NCBI GenBank assembly: GCA_946500895.1
Contig: CAMMXG010000005.1
Coordinates: 1 to 57,730 of the forward strand
Source: an uncultured Mycoplasma sp.
GTDB lineage: Bacteria; Bacillota_I; Bacilli_A; RF39; UBA660
Direction of reading: 5' to 3'
DNA length: 57,730 nucleotides
A program made the position numbers and the translations under genes. Each line of letters opens with the position of its first letter. The first letter of the stretch is position 1. Below are positions 39,284 through 49,859 of the stretch, piece after piece. The notes under the pieces were generated by a model that did no database searches, was not told where the DNA came from, and saw only the letters and a list, made by a program, of their open reading frames with translations.

Positions 39284-40516
39284 TTATTTCCATCTTCTGG
39301 TGTGTTCTACTTTTTCCCATTTAATTTCTTTTTTTAGTATTGCTTTTAGAGCACAAGGTACATAAGTAGAGAAAAATAGAGGACTAAATAAAATAGCTTT
39401 TATTTGCATATCTTTAGACATGTTAATTTTATCTTTGTCTTTTAAGATAATGTAGGCAGTCATAAAGGCAAATAAAATATAAGCGAGCATGATAATTAAT
39501 ATTATTTTGGTAAAACATAATTTGGTTAGGGGATCACTTAGATTATGTACTTTAAATAATGTTATGATTTGATTTAAAATGTATAATAAAGCTCCAATAA
39601 TCATGATAATATATGGTTTCATACCACTTATTTCATTTATGATAGAACCAAAATTGGGATTGTTTTTAAGTAGTTTTCTAAATTTTGGGATATATTCTTT
39701 TCTGGTGGTAAAATATCCTTTAATCCAACGTGTTCTTTGATTAATTGTATTTTTGTATTTGATTGGTTGTTCATCATAAAAGATGGCATTTTTGTTATAG
39801 ATACTGGTTAGATTGTGTAGAATAGAATAAAGGGTTAATTCATAATCTTCGGTTAGAGAATGGAAAGGGAAAGATCTCCATTTTTTTATTAGTTCGCCAT
39901 CAATATAAAGGCCAGTTCCTGATAAAGTAATGTTTCTTGATTGTCTTGATTTGGTTTCATTGCCATTAGAATTTAAAAAAGCAAAAGTGATTCCTGAACA
40001 AGCGGAAATAATAGAATCATTACCGTTTTTTAAGTTTCGATAGCCAATCGCAATATCATATCCAGCTTGATAGGATTTTTCCATTTCTTCAAAAAAATAC
40101 TCATCTAAAACATTATCGGCATCAAAAATAAAATAGGCATTGTAATATATTTTTTTAGCTTCTAAATCTTTAATACATTCGTCTAGAGCATAACCTTTTC
40201 TTTTTAAATCTAGTCTTTTTCTTATGAATATCGTTGCATTATATTTTTTGGCAATTTCTACTGTAGGGTCGACTTCATTTTCCACAATGATATAAACATC
40301 TTTCATATTTATTTTTTTCGTTTGATTTTTAATACTTATTAGTAAATCTTCTATTACTTTTGACTCATCTCGAGCAGGGATTAAAACACAAAAATTAGCT
40401 AATTCTTTTCTTTTTTTCTTAGGGAAATTATTATTAAATCTTGCTAGAAAAGAAGTTGTAAAAAGAATAAGTAATCCTACTATAATTAAGAAGATACCAA
40501 TTGTTTCTAAAATCAT
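39284..40516 (-). CDS. GT2 glycosyltransferase
   Basis: LIPARDE, FDADN, TEDY, QRTRW. Confidence 0.9.
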   Translation of the reverse strand: MILETIGIFLIIVGLLILFTTSFLARFNNNFPKKKRKELANFCVLIPARDESKVIEDLLISIKNQTKKINMKDVYIIVENEVDPTVEIAKKYNATIFIRKRLDLKRKGYALDECIKDLEAKKIYYNAYFIFDADNVLDEYFFEEMEKSYQAGYDIAIGYRNLKNGNDSIISACSGITFAFLNSNGNETKSRQSRNITLSGTGLYIDGELIKKWRSFPFHSLTEDYELTLYSILHNLTSIYNKNAIFYDEQPIKYKNTINQRTRWIKGYFTTRKEYIPKFRKLLKNNPNFGSIINEISGMKPYIIMIIGALLYILNQIITLFKVHNLSDPLTKLCFTKIILIIMLAYILFAFMTAYIILKDKDKINMSKDMQIKAILFSPLFFSTYVPCALKAILKKEIKWEKVEHTRRWK

Positions 40517-40523
40517 TTTGCAC

Positions 40524-41228
40524 CTACTTTACCCATTTCATGTTTGTATATATTGTTTTTAAAAATTCATCGGGATAAACTTTATCATAAAATTCGCCAA
40601 TAAAAGTAAATGGTTCGTAACCTTTGTTTCTTAGGGTTGCTCTTCCTAAGGCTGTCCATGATATAATCATATTTAAAGTCATAAATATTACTAAAACTAC
40701 TACTAATGGTTTGCCAATTTTATTTGGTATCTTCTCAATCCATTTCGATAAATAGGGATAGACAAAATGAACGAGAACCATTATAGCAAATCCCCAGAAA
40801 ATCATGTATAGTACTGTAGTTCTTCCCATAATATTTAAAGGTCTACCAGTATAATCCCATGAAGCTACTCCTAAAACTAGTTCCATGAGTAAACTTACAA
40901 TGTATTCGATTGCACCACCAAGTAGGGCACCATATAAAAACGTTTTGGCAGGATGTCTTTTCTTTCTTCCAAGTAACCATATAATAAATACTACAGCGCC
41001 TCCATATAGGGGATTGAACGGACCATATATGACACCTTTTCTAACAGGCCAAATCCATTCTCCATAAATATGATGGTGCTTAACAAAACCGATAATCTCT
41101 TCATAGATTACTCCTAGAAAACTAAAAAGTACAAAAATTAGGAACATCTTAGAAAAGCTCATTCCCTTAGCAAAAACTTTATTATCACTCTTTAACCAAT
41201 TTTTAAACTTCTTCATCATAATTATCAC
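40524..41228 (-). CDS. Putative ABC-transporter type IV permease (DUF1113-like)
   Basis: GPFNPLYG, IEYIVS, WDYT..PLNI.GR. Confidence 0.8.
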   Translation of the reverse strand: MIIMMKKFKNWLKSDNKVFAKGMSFSKMFLIFVLFSFLGVIYEEIIGFVKHHHIYGEWIWPVRKGVIYGPFNPLYGGAVVFIIWLLGRKKRHPAKTFLYGALLGGAIEYIVSLLMELVLGVASWDYTGRPLNIMGRTTVLYMIFWGFAIMVLVHFVYPYLSKWIEKIPNKIGKPLVVVLVIFMTLNMIISWTALGRATLRNKGYEPFTFIGEFYDKVYPDEFLKTIYTNMKWVK

Positions 41229-41373
41229 AACTAATAATATTATATCAGTTATTTGTAAGTTTTGAAAGTATTTTGCCTAATCTAACAAAATTGTAATAAT
41301 TTTTTGGGATTTGCCTTGACAAAAGGAGATAAAAGCATTAAGATAGATAACTATCTATTCAGGGAGGTTTATT

Positions 41374-42096
41374 ATGAGAAAATTATTTTTAGTGTTTTTG
41401 ATGGCTATTATTATATTTGCTCCAGTTCGTGTTGATGCTGCTACAGGTGGTGTAAGATATTATTGTGATTCTAAACAAGATTTGGGCGATGGAACATTTT
41501 ATATGACTTGTCATATTGAAGTAACTAGTAGTGAGGAAGTTAATCATATTAAAGGAGAACTTACTTTAGTGAATGTTGTTTTGGAAAGTGTTAAAACATA
41601 TGATGATTGGAGTAATCTTAATGGTGTTTCTACTAGTGTAGAACTTAAAGCAGAATCTGGACACGCTGGCTCTTTTAAAGTTGCTGATTTACTATTTACT
41701 GGGGATTTAAGTGATACAGAGTGTATAGCAAACTTTGCACCAGAAGTTCCTGATTATCAAGAACCAGAAAGTCATGTTTGTATGATTGTTGATGGTGTTT
41801 ATTATGGTGAGGGTGGAAGTGTAGTTACAGAAGAAGAATATTATGAACAATGTTGTAATTATACTTGTACTATTATTGATGATAAATATTATTTTGATTC
41901 TAATGGTAATTCAGTTACTTATGAAGAAATGCTAGAAGATTGTGGAGAAACAGATGTAGTTGTTGATCCGGAAGAACCAATTGATAATCCTCAAACAGGA
42001 ATTAATTATGGTTATATTATTCTTCCTATTGGCATAATATCTATTATAGCAATACTTAAAATTGCTAAGAAAAATACAAAAATTTATAAAATATAG
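41374..42096 (+). CDS. Secreted surface protein with NPQTG sorting-like C-terminus
   Basis: Signal peptide; Cys-containing short repeats; NPQTG plus TM helix plus basic tail. Confidence 0.65.
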   Translation: MRKLFLVFLMAIIIFAPVRVDAATGGVRYYCDSKQDLGDGTFYMTCHIEVTSSEEVNHIKGELTLVNVVLESVKTYDDWSNLNGVSTSVELKAESGHAGSFKVADLLFTGDLSDTECIANFAPEVPDYQEPESHVCMIVDGVYYGEGGSVVTEEEYYEQCCNYTCTIIDDKYYFDSNGNSVTYEEMLEDCGETDVVVDPEEPIDNPQTGINYGYIILPIGIISIIAILKIAKKNTKIYKI

Positions 42097-42142
42097 TTGA
42101 AATTTTTAGATAATATGATATAATTTATATTATCTAAGAAAT

Positions 42143-42216
42143 GCAGGTGTAGTTTAATGGTAGAGCTTCAGCCTTCCAAGCTGATAACGTGGGTTCGATT
42201 CCCATCACCTGCTCCA
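42143..42216 (+). tRNA. tRNA-Gly (TCC)
   Basis: GCAGGTG/CACCTGC acceptor stem, TCC anticodon, TTCGATT T-loop, encoded CCA. Confidence 0.95.
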
Positions 42217-42304
42217 TTGATGAATAAAGGTCGTACACTTGAATAAAGGGTGCGATTTTCTTTTTATAGAATTAAAATAAGCCCTGAAATGGGCTTTTAT
42301 AATG

Positions 42305-42751
42305 TTATAATCCAGAAGAATTGAGTTTAATTGTTTCAAAAATAGTATCACATGCAGTATCACTACATAAATCAAAATATAAATTGTCTTTATTGTCTAA
42401 TAAGTTATCAATATATTCATACCCATATTCTTTTTGGTTTGCACCTCTTTTAGAATAGTTATAAGAATTTAAATGATTTCCTAAAATGATTTGTTTTTCT
42501 CCATCTTTTAAGTAATAGAGTTGGGCTGCTACAATATCTTCTTCAGAATAATATATGTTGGTGCTATAGGTTAGTAAATTTCCATTTTTATTTCTCATTA
42601 GGAAAACATCAACATTAATATTATTTTCATTATCAATGAATTCACCGGTAAAATGATATTCTCCCTCTACATTATTAAAAAGTATAATTCCTCCAAGAAT
42701 AATAATGATGATTACCAAGACTGGAATAATCCAAATAAAATATTTTTTCAT
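42305..42751 (-). CDS. Hypothetical membrane-anchored protein
   Basis: N-terminal TM helix. Confidence 0.6.
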   Translation of the reverse strand: MKKYFIWIIPVLVIIIIILGGIILFNNVEGEYHFTGEFIDNENNINVDVFLMRNKNGNLLTYSTNIYYSEEDIVAAQLYYLKDGEKQIILGNHLNSYNYSKRGANQKEYGYEYIDNLLDNKDNLYFDLCSDTACDTIFETIKLNSSGL

Positions 42752-42815
42752 AAACTCTCACTTCCATTTATTAGCTTTATTATATATATCATTGAAAACT
42801 AAAAAAATATACATT

Positions 42816-43343
42816 TTATTTATATTTGTTTGAGTTATCAATTAGTAAGTTTGTTTTGTTATATTTTTCTAGTGCTTTTAAAACTTCTTCTTTAGAACTT
42901 ATTTCTATGAATATAGCAAAGTGAGCAAAGTTTTTTGGAAGTACACAAATAGAATATTTGTTTATGATAATATATTCAATGGCTTCCCAGTATAATTTAG
43001 AAGATGTGATGTTTTCTTCTTTGCTTTCAATTCCTGTTTCATCAATTATAATACTTGAGTCACCATGTTTCATATATTCTTTTAATTTGTAATTTGTTTC
43101 GAATAATGAATAAATGTAAACCAAGAAAAAGCTAAAATATATTCCTGATAGGGCTATCATGTTAGGTATAAATAAAAAGATGGTAGAAAGAATTAAAAAT
43201 AATAAGCTATAAAGGCCAAATACTTTTAATAGTGAATGAGTTTTTGTTTGAGGTCTTTTTTTAAATATATAGTAATTGCTGGATATATACATAATTTCTT
43301 CATAATATTTTCTATTTCCTTTTTCTTTATTTTGTATTGTCAT
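42816..43343 (-). CDS. Two-TM membrane protein (YcxB-like)
   Basis: Two TM helices followed by IIIDETGI...W..I. Confidence 0.55.
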   Translation of the reverse strand: MTIQNKEKGNRKYYEEIMYISSNYYIFKKRPQTKTHSLLKVFGLYSLLFLILSTIFLFIPNMIALSGIYFSFFLVYIYSLFETNYKLKEYMKHGDSSIIIDETGIESKEENITSSKLYWEAIEYIIINKYSICVLPKNFAHFAIFIEISSKEEVLKALEKYNKTNLLIDNSNKYK

Positions 43344-43454
43344 AATCTACACTTCCTTAGGTTTATTATAGCATGTTTCACTTTGAATAGTAAATCACAC
43401 ATTTACTATGTAATTTATATAGTGTATAATAAATTTAGAAGGTAAAGGTGTGTT

Positions 43455-44132
43455 ATGAAGAAAATATTATTGCTTTTTCTAGGCTTGCTTATGGTTAGTG
43501 GTTGTGGAAATAAAAACTTGGATATTCATTCCGAATTAGTGCAGGATTTGTATAATATGGTTAATCCTACTGAAGATGGACTTATATTGTCTGATTTTTA
43601 TCAAAATGGTGGACTTAGCAACAATTACATGTTAGTAGTAGCATTAAGTGATTATATTCATGATCAAGATGGAAATGTTGAGGTTATTTCTAAAGATGAA
43701 GTTGATAAAAGAATAGAAAGTATTTTTGGAAATAAAGAAATTGAACATCAAAGTACTTATCTTTTATTTGATGGCTATTGTGGTTTTACTTATAACGATG
43801 ATTTAGAACAATATGAGTTAATTCTTGGTTGTGGTGGAGATATGAATCAAAGTTTTGTTAGAGAAATAATTAGTGCAAGAGAAGATGGTAATAATGTTAT
43901 TATTACTGAAAAATCTCTTTATGTTTACCGAGATTGGGATGCCGATTATTCTCATGTTACGATTTATAATAATATAGTTCAAAAAGAAGAGATAGATGCA
44001 TTTGATAATGATCCTGCGGTAGAACTTTATATTAATCTTGATGATTATATAGATTATGCTAGTACTTATGAATATACTTTTGAAAAAGTGGATGATCATT
44101 ATATTTTTAAAGGAGTTAAATTAGTTGATTAA
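43455..44132 (+). CDS. Lipoprotein
   Basis: MKK...LMVSGC lipobox. Confidence 0.75.
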   Translation: MKKILLLFLGLLMVSGCGNKNLDIHSELVQDLYNMVNPTEDGLILSDFYQNGGLSNNYMLVVALSDYIHDQDGNVEVISKDEVDKRIESIFGNKEIEHQSTYLLFDGYCGFTYNDDLEQYELILGCGGDMNQSFVREIISAREDGNNVIITEKSLYVYRDWDADYSHVTIYNNIVQKEEIDAFDNDPAVELYINLDDYIDYASTYEYTFEKVDDHYIFKGVKLVD

Positions 44133-44136
44133 AAAG

Positions 44137-44159
44137 GCGCACTTACAAAATGAGTGCGC
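44137..44159 (+). terminator. Bidirectional terminator between convergent genes
   Basis: GCGCACTTA-CAAAA-TGAGTGCGC hairpin flanked by A and T runs. Confidence 0.65.
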
Positions 44160-44160
44160 T

Positions 44161-44640
44161 TTATATTTTTTTCATTAGTTCTATATTTCTTGCAAAGTAA
44201 CCATTTTTATGATAAAAGTTTTCGGCATTGGTATTATAGGCAAAACAATCAATTAATATTCCTTTACAGCCAACACTTTTTAAATATGTTTCCATTTTGT
44301 TTAAAAGTTTTTGACCTACTTTAGAGGAACGATAATCTTTAGAAACTATTAATTCGGTTATTCTTCCTCTTTTAGGAGCTTTAAAATCATAAGTTTCTTC
44401 CTCTTCGTTGTTGATTACACTAATAATTAAGCCAATTATTTTATTTTCTTCTTTTGCTAAAAATATTTTGCCTTCGTACTTATTAACTTCTTTCATTGTT
44501 TTTTTAAAATAGGTTTCTTTATATTCTTTGGTTATTATGTTATATCCTTCTTTATCGATGCTAGCAATATATTCTTGAAGTTCTACTAATAACTTTTTAA
44601 TTTCTTCATTATATTTTTCTTCGTATTCAATTATTTCCAT
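44161..44640 (-). CDS. GNAT acetyltransferase
   Basis: ELIVSKDYRSSKVGQKL, NAENFYHKNGY. Confidence 0.85.
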   Translation of the reverse strand: MEIIEYEEKYNEEIKKLLVELQEYIASIDKEGYNIITKEYKETYFKKTMKEVNKYEGKIFLAKEENKIIGLIISVINNEEEETYDFKAPKRGRITELIVSKDYRSSKVGQKLLNKMETYLKSVGCKGILIDCFAYNTNAENFYHKNGYFARNIELMKKI

Positions 44641-44755
44641 TTTATCACCTTTTTTTTATCTTAACATTTTTCTTACATTTAAACAATTAATATATGTAAA
44701 TAAAATGTCTTTTGTTTGTAAAATTTGTTTCTTAATGTTATGATATTGTTAGATA

Positions 44756-45349
44756 ATGGAAGGGAAGAAAATTATGAAAAAAGATTTGGGCGTTAAACCT
44801 TATGTTTTTCCAATGCCTGTTTTAATGATTGCTACTTATGATGAACAAGAAAAAGTCGATGTTATGAATATGGCTTGGGGTGGAATATGTGATGATAATA
44901 TGGTTGCTTTAAATATTAGTGAAGAGCATCAAACTGCAGATAATATTAAGAAGCGAATGGCTTTTACTCTTAGTATTGCAGATGTTGATTATTTAGCAGA
45001 GTCTGATTATTTTGGTACAGTATCTGGAAAGAATGTAGTTGATAAATTTGAACGTACTGGTATGCATGCGGTTAAAAGTGCTAGAGTAGATGCACCAATT
45101 ATACTTGACTATCCTTTGACACTTGAGTGTAAAGTTGTAGAATTACAACATACAGTAAATGGAGGATTTCGAGTACTTGGAGAAATTCTTAATGTTATCG
45201 CTGATAGTAAAGTATTAGATGAAAATGGTAATGTAGATCCAACTAAATTAAATGCTTTTGTTTTTGATCAGTTCCAAAATGGTTATTACAAGATTGGTGA
45301 AAAAGTTGGTGAAGCATGGAAGAGTGGTAGAAAGTTTATTAAAAAGTAA
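44756..45349 (+). CDS. Flavin reductase-like (flavoredoxin) protein
   Basis: PMPVLMIATY, MNMAWGG, APII..YPLTLEC. Confidence 0.85.
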   Translation: MEGKKIMKKDLGVKPYVFPMPVLMIATYDEQEKVDVMNMAWGGICDDNMVALNISEEHQTADNIKKRMAFTLSIADVDYLAESDYFGTVSGKNVVDKFERTGMHAVKSARVDAPIILDYPLTLECKVVELQHTVNGGFRVLGEILNVIADSKVLDENGNVDPTKLNAFVFDQFQNGYYKIGEKVGEAWKSGRKFIKK

Positions 45350-45439
45350 TCAAGTGAGTATTTTTGCTTGATTTTTTCATATAATTTAACTGGTTTAAGG
45401 TTTACAATTTCAAGTTTTTTTGTTATACTATGTAGCGAG

Positions 45440-45502
45440 TATTAAATTACTCCTTGCTTAAAATTTATTTTTAAGCCGAATAGACCATGAGGAGGTGGAA
45501 AA
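45440..45502 (+). promoter_or_regulatory. Probable S6:S18 ribosomal leader
   Basis: ACTCCTT can pair with the GAGGAGGT RBS, with an internal GCTTAAAA/TTTTAAGC stem; lies upstream of rpsF. Confidence 0.5.
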
Positions 45503-45793
45503 ATGACTAATTATGAGATTATGTTCATCGTAAAAACTACTATGGAATCTGATAAGATTAAGGGTACTATTGAGAATATGAAAAAAATTATTACTGATGG
45601 TAAAGGTAAAATAGTAGATACAAAGGACATGGGCGAGAGAAAATTAGCATATCCAATTAAGAAAGAACTTACTGGATATTACTATGTACTTAGAGTAGAA
45701 GCTTCAAGTGAAGTTATTGCTGAATTTGATCGTCGTGCTTCAATTGATGAAACAATTTTAAGACATTTAATTATTAAGTTAGATGAGGAGTAA
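45503..45793 (+). CDS. rpsF: 30S ribosomal protein S6
   Basis: YEIMFI...RKLAYPI; rpsF-ssb-rpsR order. Confidence 0.95.
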   Translation: MTNYEIMFIVKTTMESDKIKGTIENMKKIITDGKGKIVDTKDMGERKLAYPIKKELTGYYYVLRVEASSEVIAEFDRRASIDETILRHLIIKLDEE

Positions 45794-45796
45794 AAT

Positions 45797-46306
45797 ATGA
45801 ATAAAGTAATTTTGATTGGAAGATTAGCTAGAGATCCTGAACTTAGAACAACAGCTGGTAATCTTAGTGTAGCAACATTCAGTTTAGCTGTAAGTCGTCC
45901 TTATAGTCCTCAAAATGGAGGAGATGCGGGAGCTGATTTTATTAGTTGTGTTGTTTGGAGAAGACAAGCTGAGAATTTAGCACGTTATTGTCATAAAGGT
46001 AGTCAAATTGCTGTTGAAGGTAGAATTCAAACAAGAAATTATACGGCTCAAGATGGAACGAAACGTTATGTTACAGAGGTCTTAGTTGATAATCTTACTT
46101 TCTTAGGATCAAGAAGTGATAATCAAGGTGGTATGGCTCCTCAAGATAACTTTGGAGGAAATAGTTATTCTGCTAATAATTATGATGCGAATAATTATAG
46201 TACGCCAACTGATGTAGCAAATGTGCCTACTACAGATATCTCTGAAGATCCATTTAAAGATTTTGGTGAAGAAATTACTTTAAGTGATGATGATTTACCA
46301 TTCTAG
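45797..46306 (+). CDS. ssb: Single-stranded DNA-binding protein
   Basis: NKVILIGRLARDPE...DDDLPF. Confidence 0.97.
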   Translation: MNKVILIGRLARDPELRTTAGNLSVATFSLAVSRPYSPQNGGDAGADFISCVVWRRQAENLARYCHKGSQIAVEGRIQTRNYTAQDGTKRYVTEVLVDNLTFLGSRSDNQGGMAPQDNFGGNSYSANNYDANNYSTPTDVANVPTTDISEDPFKDFGEEITLSDDDLPF

Positions 46307-46324
46307 GAAAAGGAGGAGAAATTA

Positions 46325-46540
46325 ATGGCAGAATTTTATCGTAAGAAAAAGAAAATATGTCAAATGTGTGCTGGTAAAAGCGTAGATTATAAAGATGTTA
46401 TGATTATTAATAAATATATTAATGATAAAGGAAAGATTATGCCAAGACGTATGACTGGTGCTTGTGCAAAACATCAAAGACATATTGCTAAACAAATTAA
46501 ATATGCAAGATTTATGGCTTTAGTACCATTTGTTAAATAA
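46325..46540 (+). CDS. rpsR: 30S ribosomal protein S18
   Basis: DYKD...GKIMPRRMTG.CAKHQR. Confidence 0.95.
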   Translation: MAEFYRKKKKICQMCAGKSVDYKDVMIINKYINDKGKIMPRRMTGACAKHQRHIAKQIKYARFMALVPFVK

Positions 46541-46725
46541 GCTAAGTGAAAAATCATTTAGTTTTTTTATTTTTTTAAAATTTTACTAATTGTATTAATT
46601 TGGTTAGTGAAATATATCAATTTGAGAGATGAATTATATTGATTTCACTAACGAAATCTATTAAATTGGCGATTTGTTTCTTTCTTCTTTTTATAATATA
46701 GTGCACCTATGAAAGGTGGGATTAT

Positions 46726-47568
46726 ATGTATAAAAATAACGATACGTTAATGCATGATTTAATTTTTAAAGAAACTTTTGCAGATAAAGATAATCGCAAA
46801 CAATTAGAAAAACTATTAGAACTAATTTTAGAATATCCTCAAGGATATTTAAATAATAAACTTGATGTTCATTATGAAAGTCCTCTTAAAAAAGAAAATG
46901 TACATCAAAAAAATGTCAGAGGAGATATTGTAGTAGAGTTTGGTGATACCACCATTAATATAGAAGCATATACTAATTTTAATATGGATTCTCTTGATAA
47001 GAGTTTATATTATGTGATGCGAATCCAAGCTAGTAAACTGGATATTGGTGATGGATATCATAAGCTTGGAAAAACAATCCAGATTAACTTTGTAGAGAAA
47101 TCACGATTAAATTTAGGAAATGAATTAGTTACTAATTTTTATTTAACAAGTGAGAAAAATCTTGATATAAAAATATTCACAGATAAGTTTTGTGTCAAAA
47201 TTGTGCAAATTGACAAAGCAAGAGAGTTAGGATATACTAATAATGAGTTAGAAAGATGGCTTAAGTTTATTGCTGCCAAAAGTAGTAATGAACGTGCCGA
47301 TATTGCCAAAGGAGATGAGTTATTAGTGGAACTAAATGAATGGATACACAAATATATAGTAGATGATAAAACACAAGAAGAGTTAAATAAATGGGATTTA
47401 GAGATAGCTGAGAACAAAGGTTATGAACAAGGCGTTGAACAAGGGATTGAACAAAAAGCAATGGAAATAGCTAAAAATTTATTAAATATGAATATGCCAA
47501 TAGAAGATATTAGTAAAGCAACTAATTTATCTATTGAAGAGATAGAAGCATTAAAAGAGAACAAATAA
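46726..47568 (+). CDS. Rpn/PD-(D/E)xK (PDDEXK_2) family protein
   Basis: DLIFKETF...GDIV...INIE...WLKF; EQGVEQGIEQ repeats; EIAKNLL...ISKATNLS. Confidence 0.85.
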   Translation: MYKNNDTLMHDLIFKETFADKDNRKQLEKLLELILEYPQGYLNNKLDVHYESPLKKENVHQKNVRGDIVVEFGDTTINIEAYTNFNMDSLDKSLYYVMRIQASKLDIGDGYHKLGKTIQINFVEKSRLNLGNELVTNFYLTSEKNLDIKIFTDKFCVKIVQIDKARELGYTNNELERWLKFIAAKSSNERADIAKGDELLVELNEWIHKYIVDDKTQEELNKWDLEIAENKGYEQGVEQGIEQKAMEIAKNLLNMNMPIEDISKATNLSIEEIEALKENK

Positions 47569-47638
47569 GTTTTCTTTTTTAAAAAACGAGTATATACAAT
47601 TTTGTAAATTTTAAAAAATTAAGGGAGATGAATTATTA

Positions 47639-47872
47639 GTGGAACTAAATGAATGGATACACAAATATGTGGCAGATGATAAAACACAAGAAGAATTAAA
47701 TAAATGGGATTTAGAGATAGCAGAGAATAAGGGTTATGAACAAGGGGTTGAACAACGGAATGTGGAAATAGCTAAAACTATGCTGAAAAAAGGGTATTCT
47801 ATTGATGAAATTGCAGATATTAGTGGTTTAACTAAAGAAGAAATAGAAAAATTAAAAGAAGATAATAATTAG
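47639..47872 (+). CDS. Standalone duplicate of the Rpn C-terminal module (RpnS-like)
   Basis: 47624-47755 is near-identical to 47311-47442, then diverges; GGAGA precedes the GTG start. Confidence 0.65.
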   Translation: MELNEWIHKYVADDKTQEELNKWDLEIAENKGYEQGVEQRNVEIAKTMLKKGYSIDEIADISGLTKEEIEKLKEDNN

Positions 47873-47886
47873 ATCTTCTTTTTGCT

Positions 47887-48729
47887 TTATATTAAAATAT
47901 ATAATAGAATTGTTAAAATAATTGCTAATATCAAAGAAATGGCAATTAGACTAATTATTTTTTTGAAGTTGTTTTTTTGTATCTGTTTTTTGTTATATCC
48001 TAAACAGAAATAGAGTCTGTTGCTTTTCTTTTCGTCTAACAAGATATTTTTGATAGTAATTATTAAAATGATTAAGAATAAAATGCCTCCAATAATGGCA
48101 AAAACGGTTAATCTGTTAATATCATCTTCATACGTCACAGCGCGTGAAGGATATTTTTGGCTATTATAGTGCATATATGCTTCTATATTAATAGTGTCTT
48201 CAATTATATCAGTAGTTTCATATCTTTTTAAAGTATCTTTAAATTCAACTATGTAAAAGAAATCAGTAGCATGTTCTTTTAAATCATTAAAATCTTCTTC
48301 ACTTATGTAAAGTATTAGAGGAGTATTGTGATATTGTGGTGCGATGGTTTCTGTTATTATAAAATTTTTGGAATATCCATTAATAGTTAATTCAGTTTGC
48401 TTTTCAGTTTCACTTTCATTTGATAAATAGATAGCATTTCCTCTAGATATTTCAGAATCTTCTATTAAATATAGCCTTTGGTTATTTGTTTGAAAAGAAA
48501 AAGTTACACTTTTAACGTTTTTAATATCTTTTATTTTTTCTTCTAAATTGGGATTTTCATCGACAAAGATAGTTTTTGATCCTTCATAAAATTCTACTCC
48601 TTCTTTGTAAGTTATTTGTCTATTTAGTACTAAATAGAAAATAGTTGTTAGAATACAAGCAATTATCACTAAATATATTCTGGTTGTTCTTTTTCTAAAA
48701 AAGCTTTTTAAAATAATCATTTTATTCAC
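47887..48729 (-). CDS. FtsX-like ABC permease
   Basis: N-terminal TM helix; LGYNKKQI C-terminal motif. Confidence 0.7.
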   Translation of the reverse strand: MNKMIILKSFFRKRTTRIYLVIIACILTTIFYLVLNRQITYKEGVEFYEGSKTIFVDENPNLEEKIKDIKNVKSVTFSFQTNNQRLYLIEDSEISRGNAIYLSNESETEKQTELTINGYSKNFIITETIAPQYHNTPLILYISEEDFNDLKEHATDFFYIVEFKDTLKRYETTDIIEDTINIEAYMHYNSQKYPSRAVTYEDDINRLTVFAIIGGILFLIILIITIKNILLDEKKSNRLYFCLGYNKKQIQKNNFKKIISLIAISLILAIILTILLYILI

Positions 48730-49858
48730 CTCTTAATAAATAATTGATATTTGTTTTTAAATAAATTTTTAATAATATTTTTCCTGCTAAGAAAGTTATA
48801 ATCATTATTAATAAGTAAGTAGCTAGGAAATCTAGTATAGGAATATTATAAGACATACTTCCCATATATAATTCAGCATCTAATATTTTTAAATTGTTTA
48901 AAAGAATGGTGTAAATTATTATAAAAATTATAAAACTTAGAATAAAACTTATTGTTATTAATAGGAAATTTTCAATCAAATCTATCTTAAATATAGTTTT
49001 ATTTTTGTAACCACATGATTTTAAGATACCATAATTTTTTAGATTGTATATTATTTTCTTTTTAATAAAGTTATAAATAATGTTGCAGGATATTAATATA
49101 GTGATAATGGTAATGAATATGGCAATAGTTTTAGAATTCTTACTATAGAAAGTATTTAAATTTGTTGTTACATCAAAGCCTAAATTTTTGATTTCTTTTG
49201 CTACATATGTTACATATTTGCTATCACTAACTCTTACAATTAAGTTATTGGAATTATTGGCAGAAATTTTTTCAAAGGTTTCTTTTGATACATAGCATGT
49301 ATTTAAAGTAGCAAAGGCCTCTGAGTTATCATAAGTTCCTACAATTGTAAATGCGGTGTTATTAATTGTAAAGTTTTTTCCAATGGCATCTTTTCCTTTT
49401 AAAAAATCTTCTTTGATAAAATAATCTTCTAATATATAAGGATAAAATTTATTAGGACATATTGCTTCATTTGGACCGATTATTTTATTTCCATTTTTAA
49501 TATTAATTTCATTTTCATCAATTAAAGGTGTTAAAAGTAAATATCCTATGTTATTTTCAGTATTAAAATCTGGTACAACAAATTCTTGAGTGTTTAAATA
49601 TTCGAGAACGCTATATACTACATGGTTTATTTGTTCTATTTTGTTTATGTTCGGATCGTTTGGTTTAGTGATGCTTACGAGAATAGTTTTTTGATTGTTA
49701 CTATTTGTATTGTAATTTAGGCTATAATTAGTATATTCATAGAAAATAATAACACAAAATAAAATAATAAAGATAAAGAAAGTTACAAGTATTAGTAAAC
49801 GATTTTTAGAGTTTAATAATTTTTTGTTTATGATAAATAAACAATCTTTTAAGTTCAT
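48722..49858 (-). CDS. MacB/FtsX-like ABC permease
   Basis: FTIVGTY, YGILKSCGY. Confidence 0.8.
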   Translation of the reverse strand: MNLKDCLFIINKKLLNSKNRLLILVTFFIFIILFCVIIFYEYTNYSLNYNTNSNNQKTILVSITKPNDPNINKIEQINHVVYSVLEYLNTQEFVVPDFNTENNIGYLLLTPLIDENEINIKNGNKIIGPNEAICPNKFYPYILEDYFIKEDFLKGKDAIGKNFTINNTAFTIVGTYDNSEAFATLNTCYVSKETFEKISANNSNNLIVRVSDSKYVTYVAKEIKNLGFDVTTNLNTFYSKNSKTIAIFITIITILISCNIIYNFIKKKIIYNLKNYGILKSCGYKNKTIFKIDLIENFLLITISFILSFIIFIIIYTILLNNLKILDAELYMGSMSYNIPILDFLATYLLIMIITFLAGKILLKIYLKTNINYLLRGE

Positions 49859-49859
49859 A

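Noticed and set aside
44133-44160. AAGGCGCACTTA resembling a MOBQ oriT nick site
   Set aside because: It is one arm of a hairpin between convergent genes and is best explained as a terminator.
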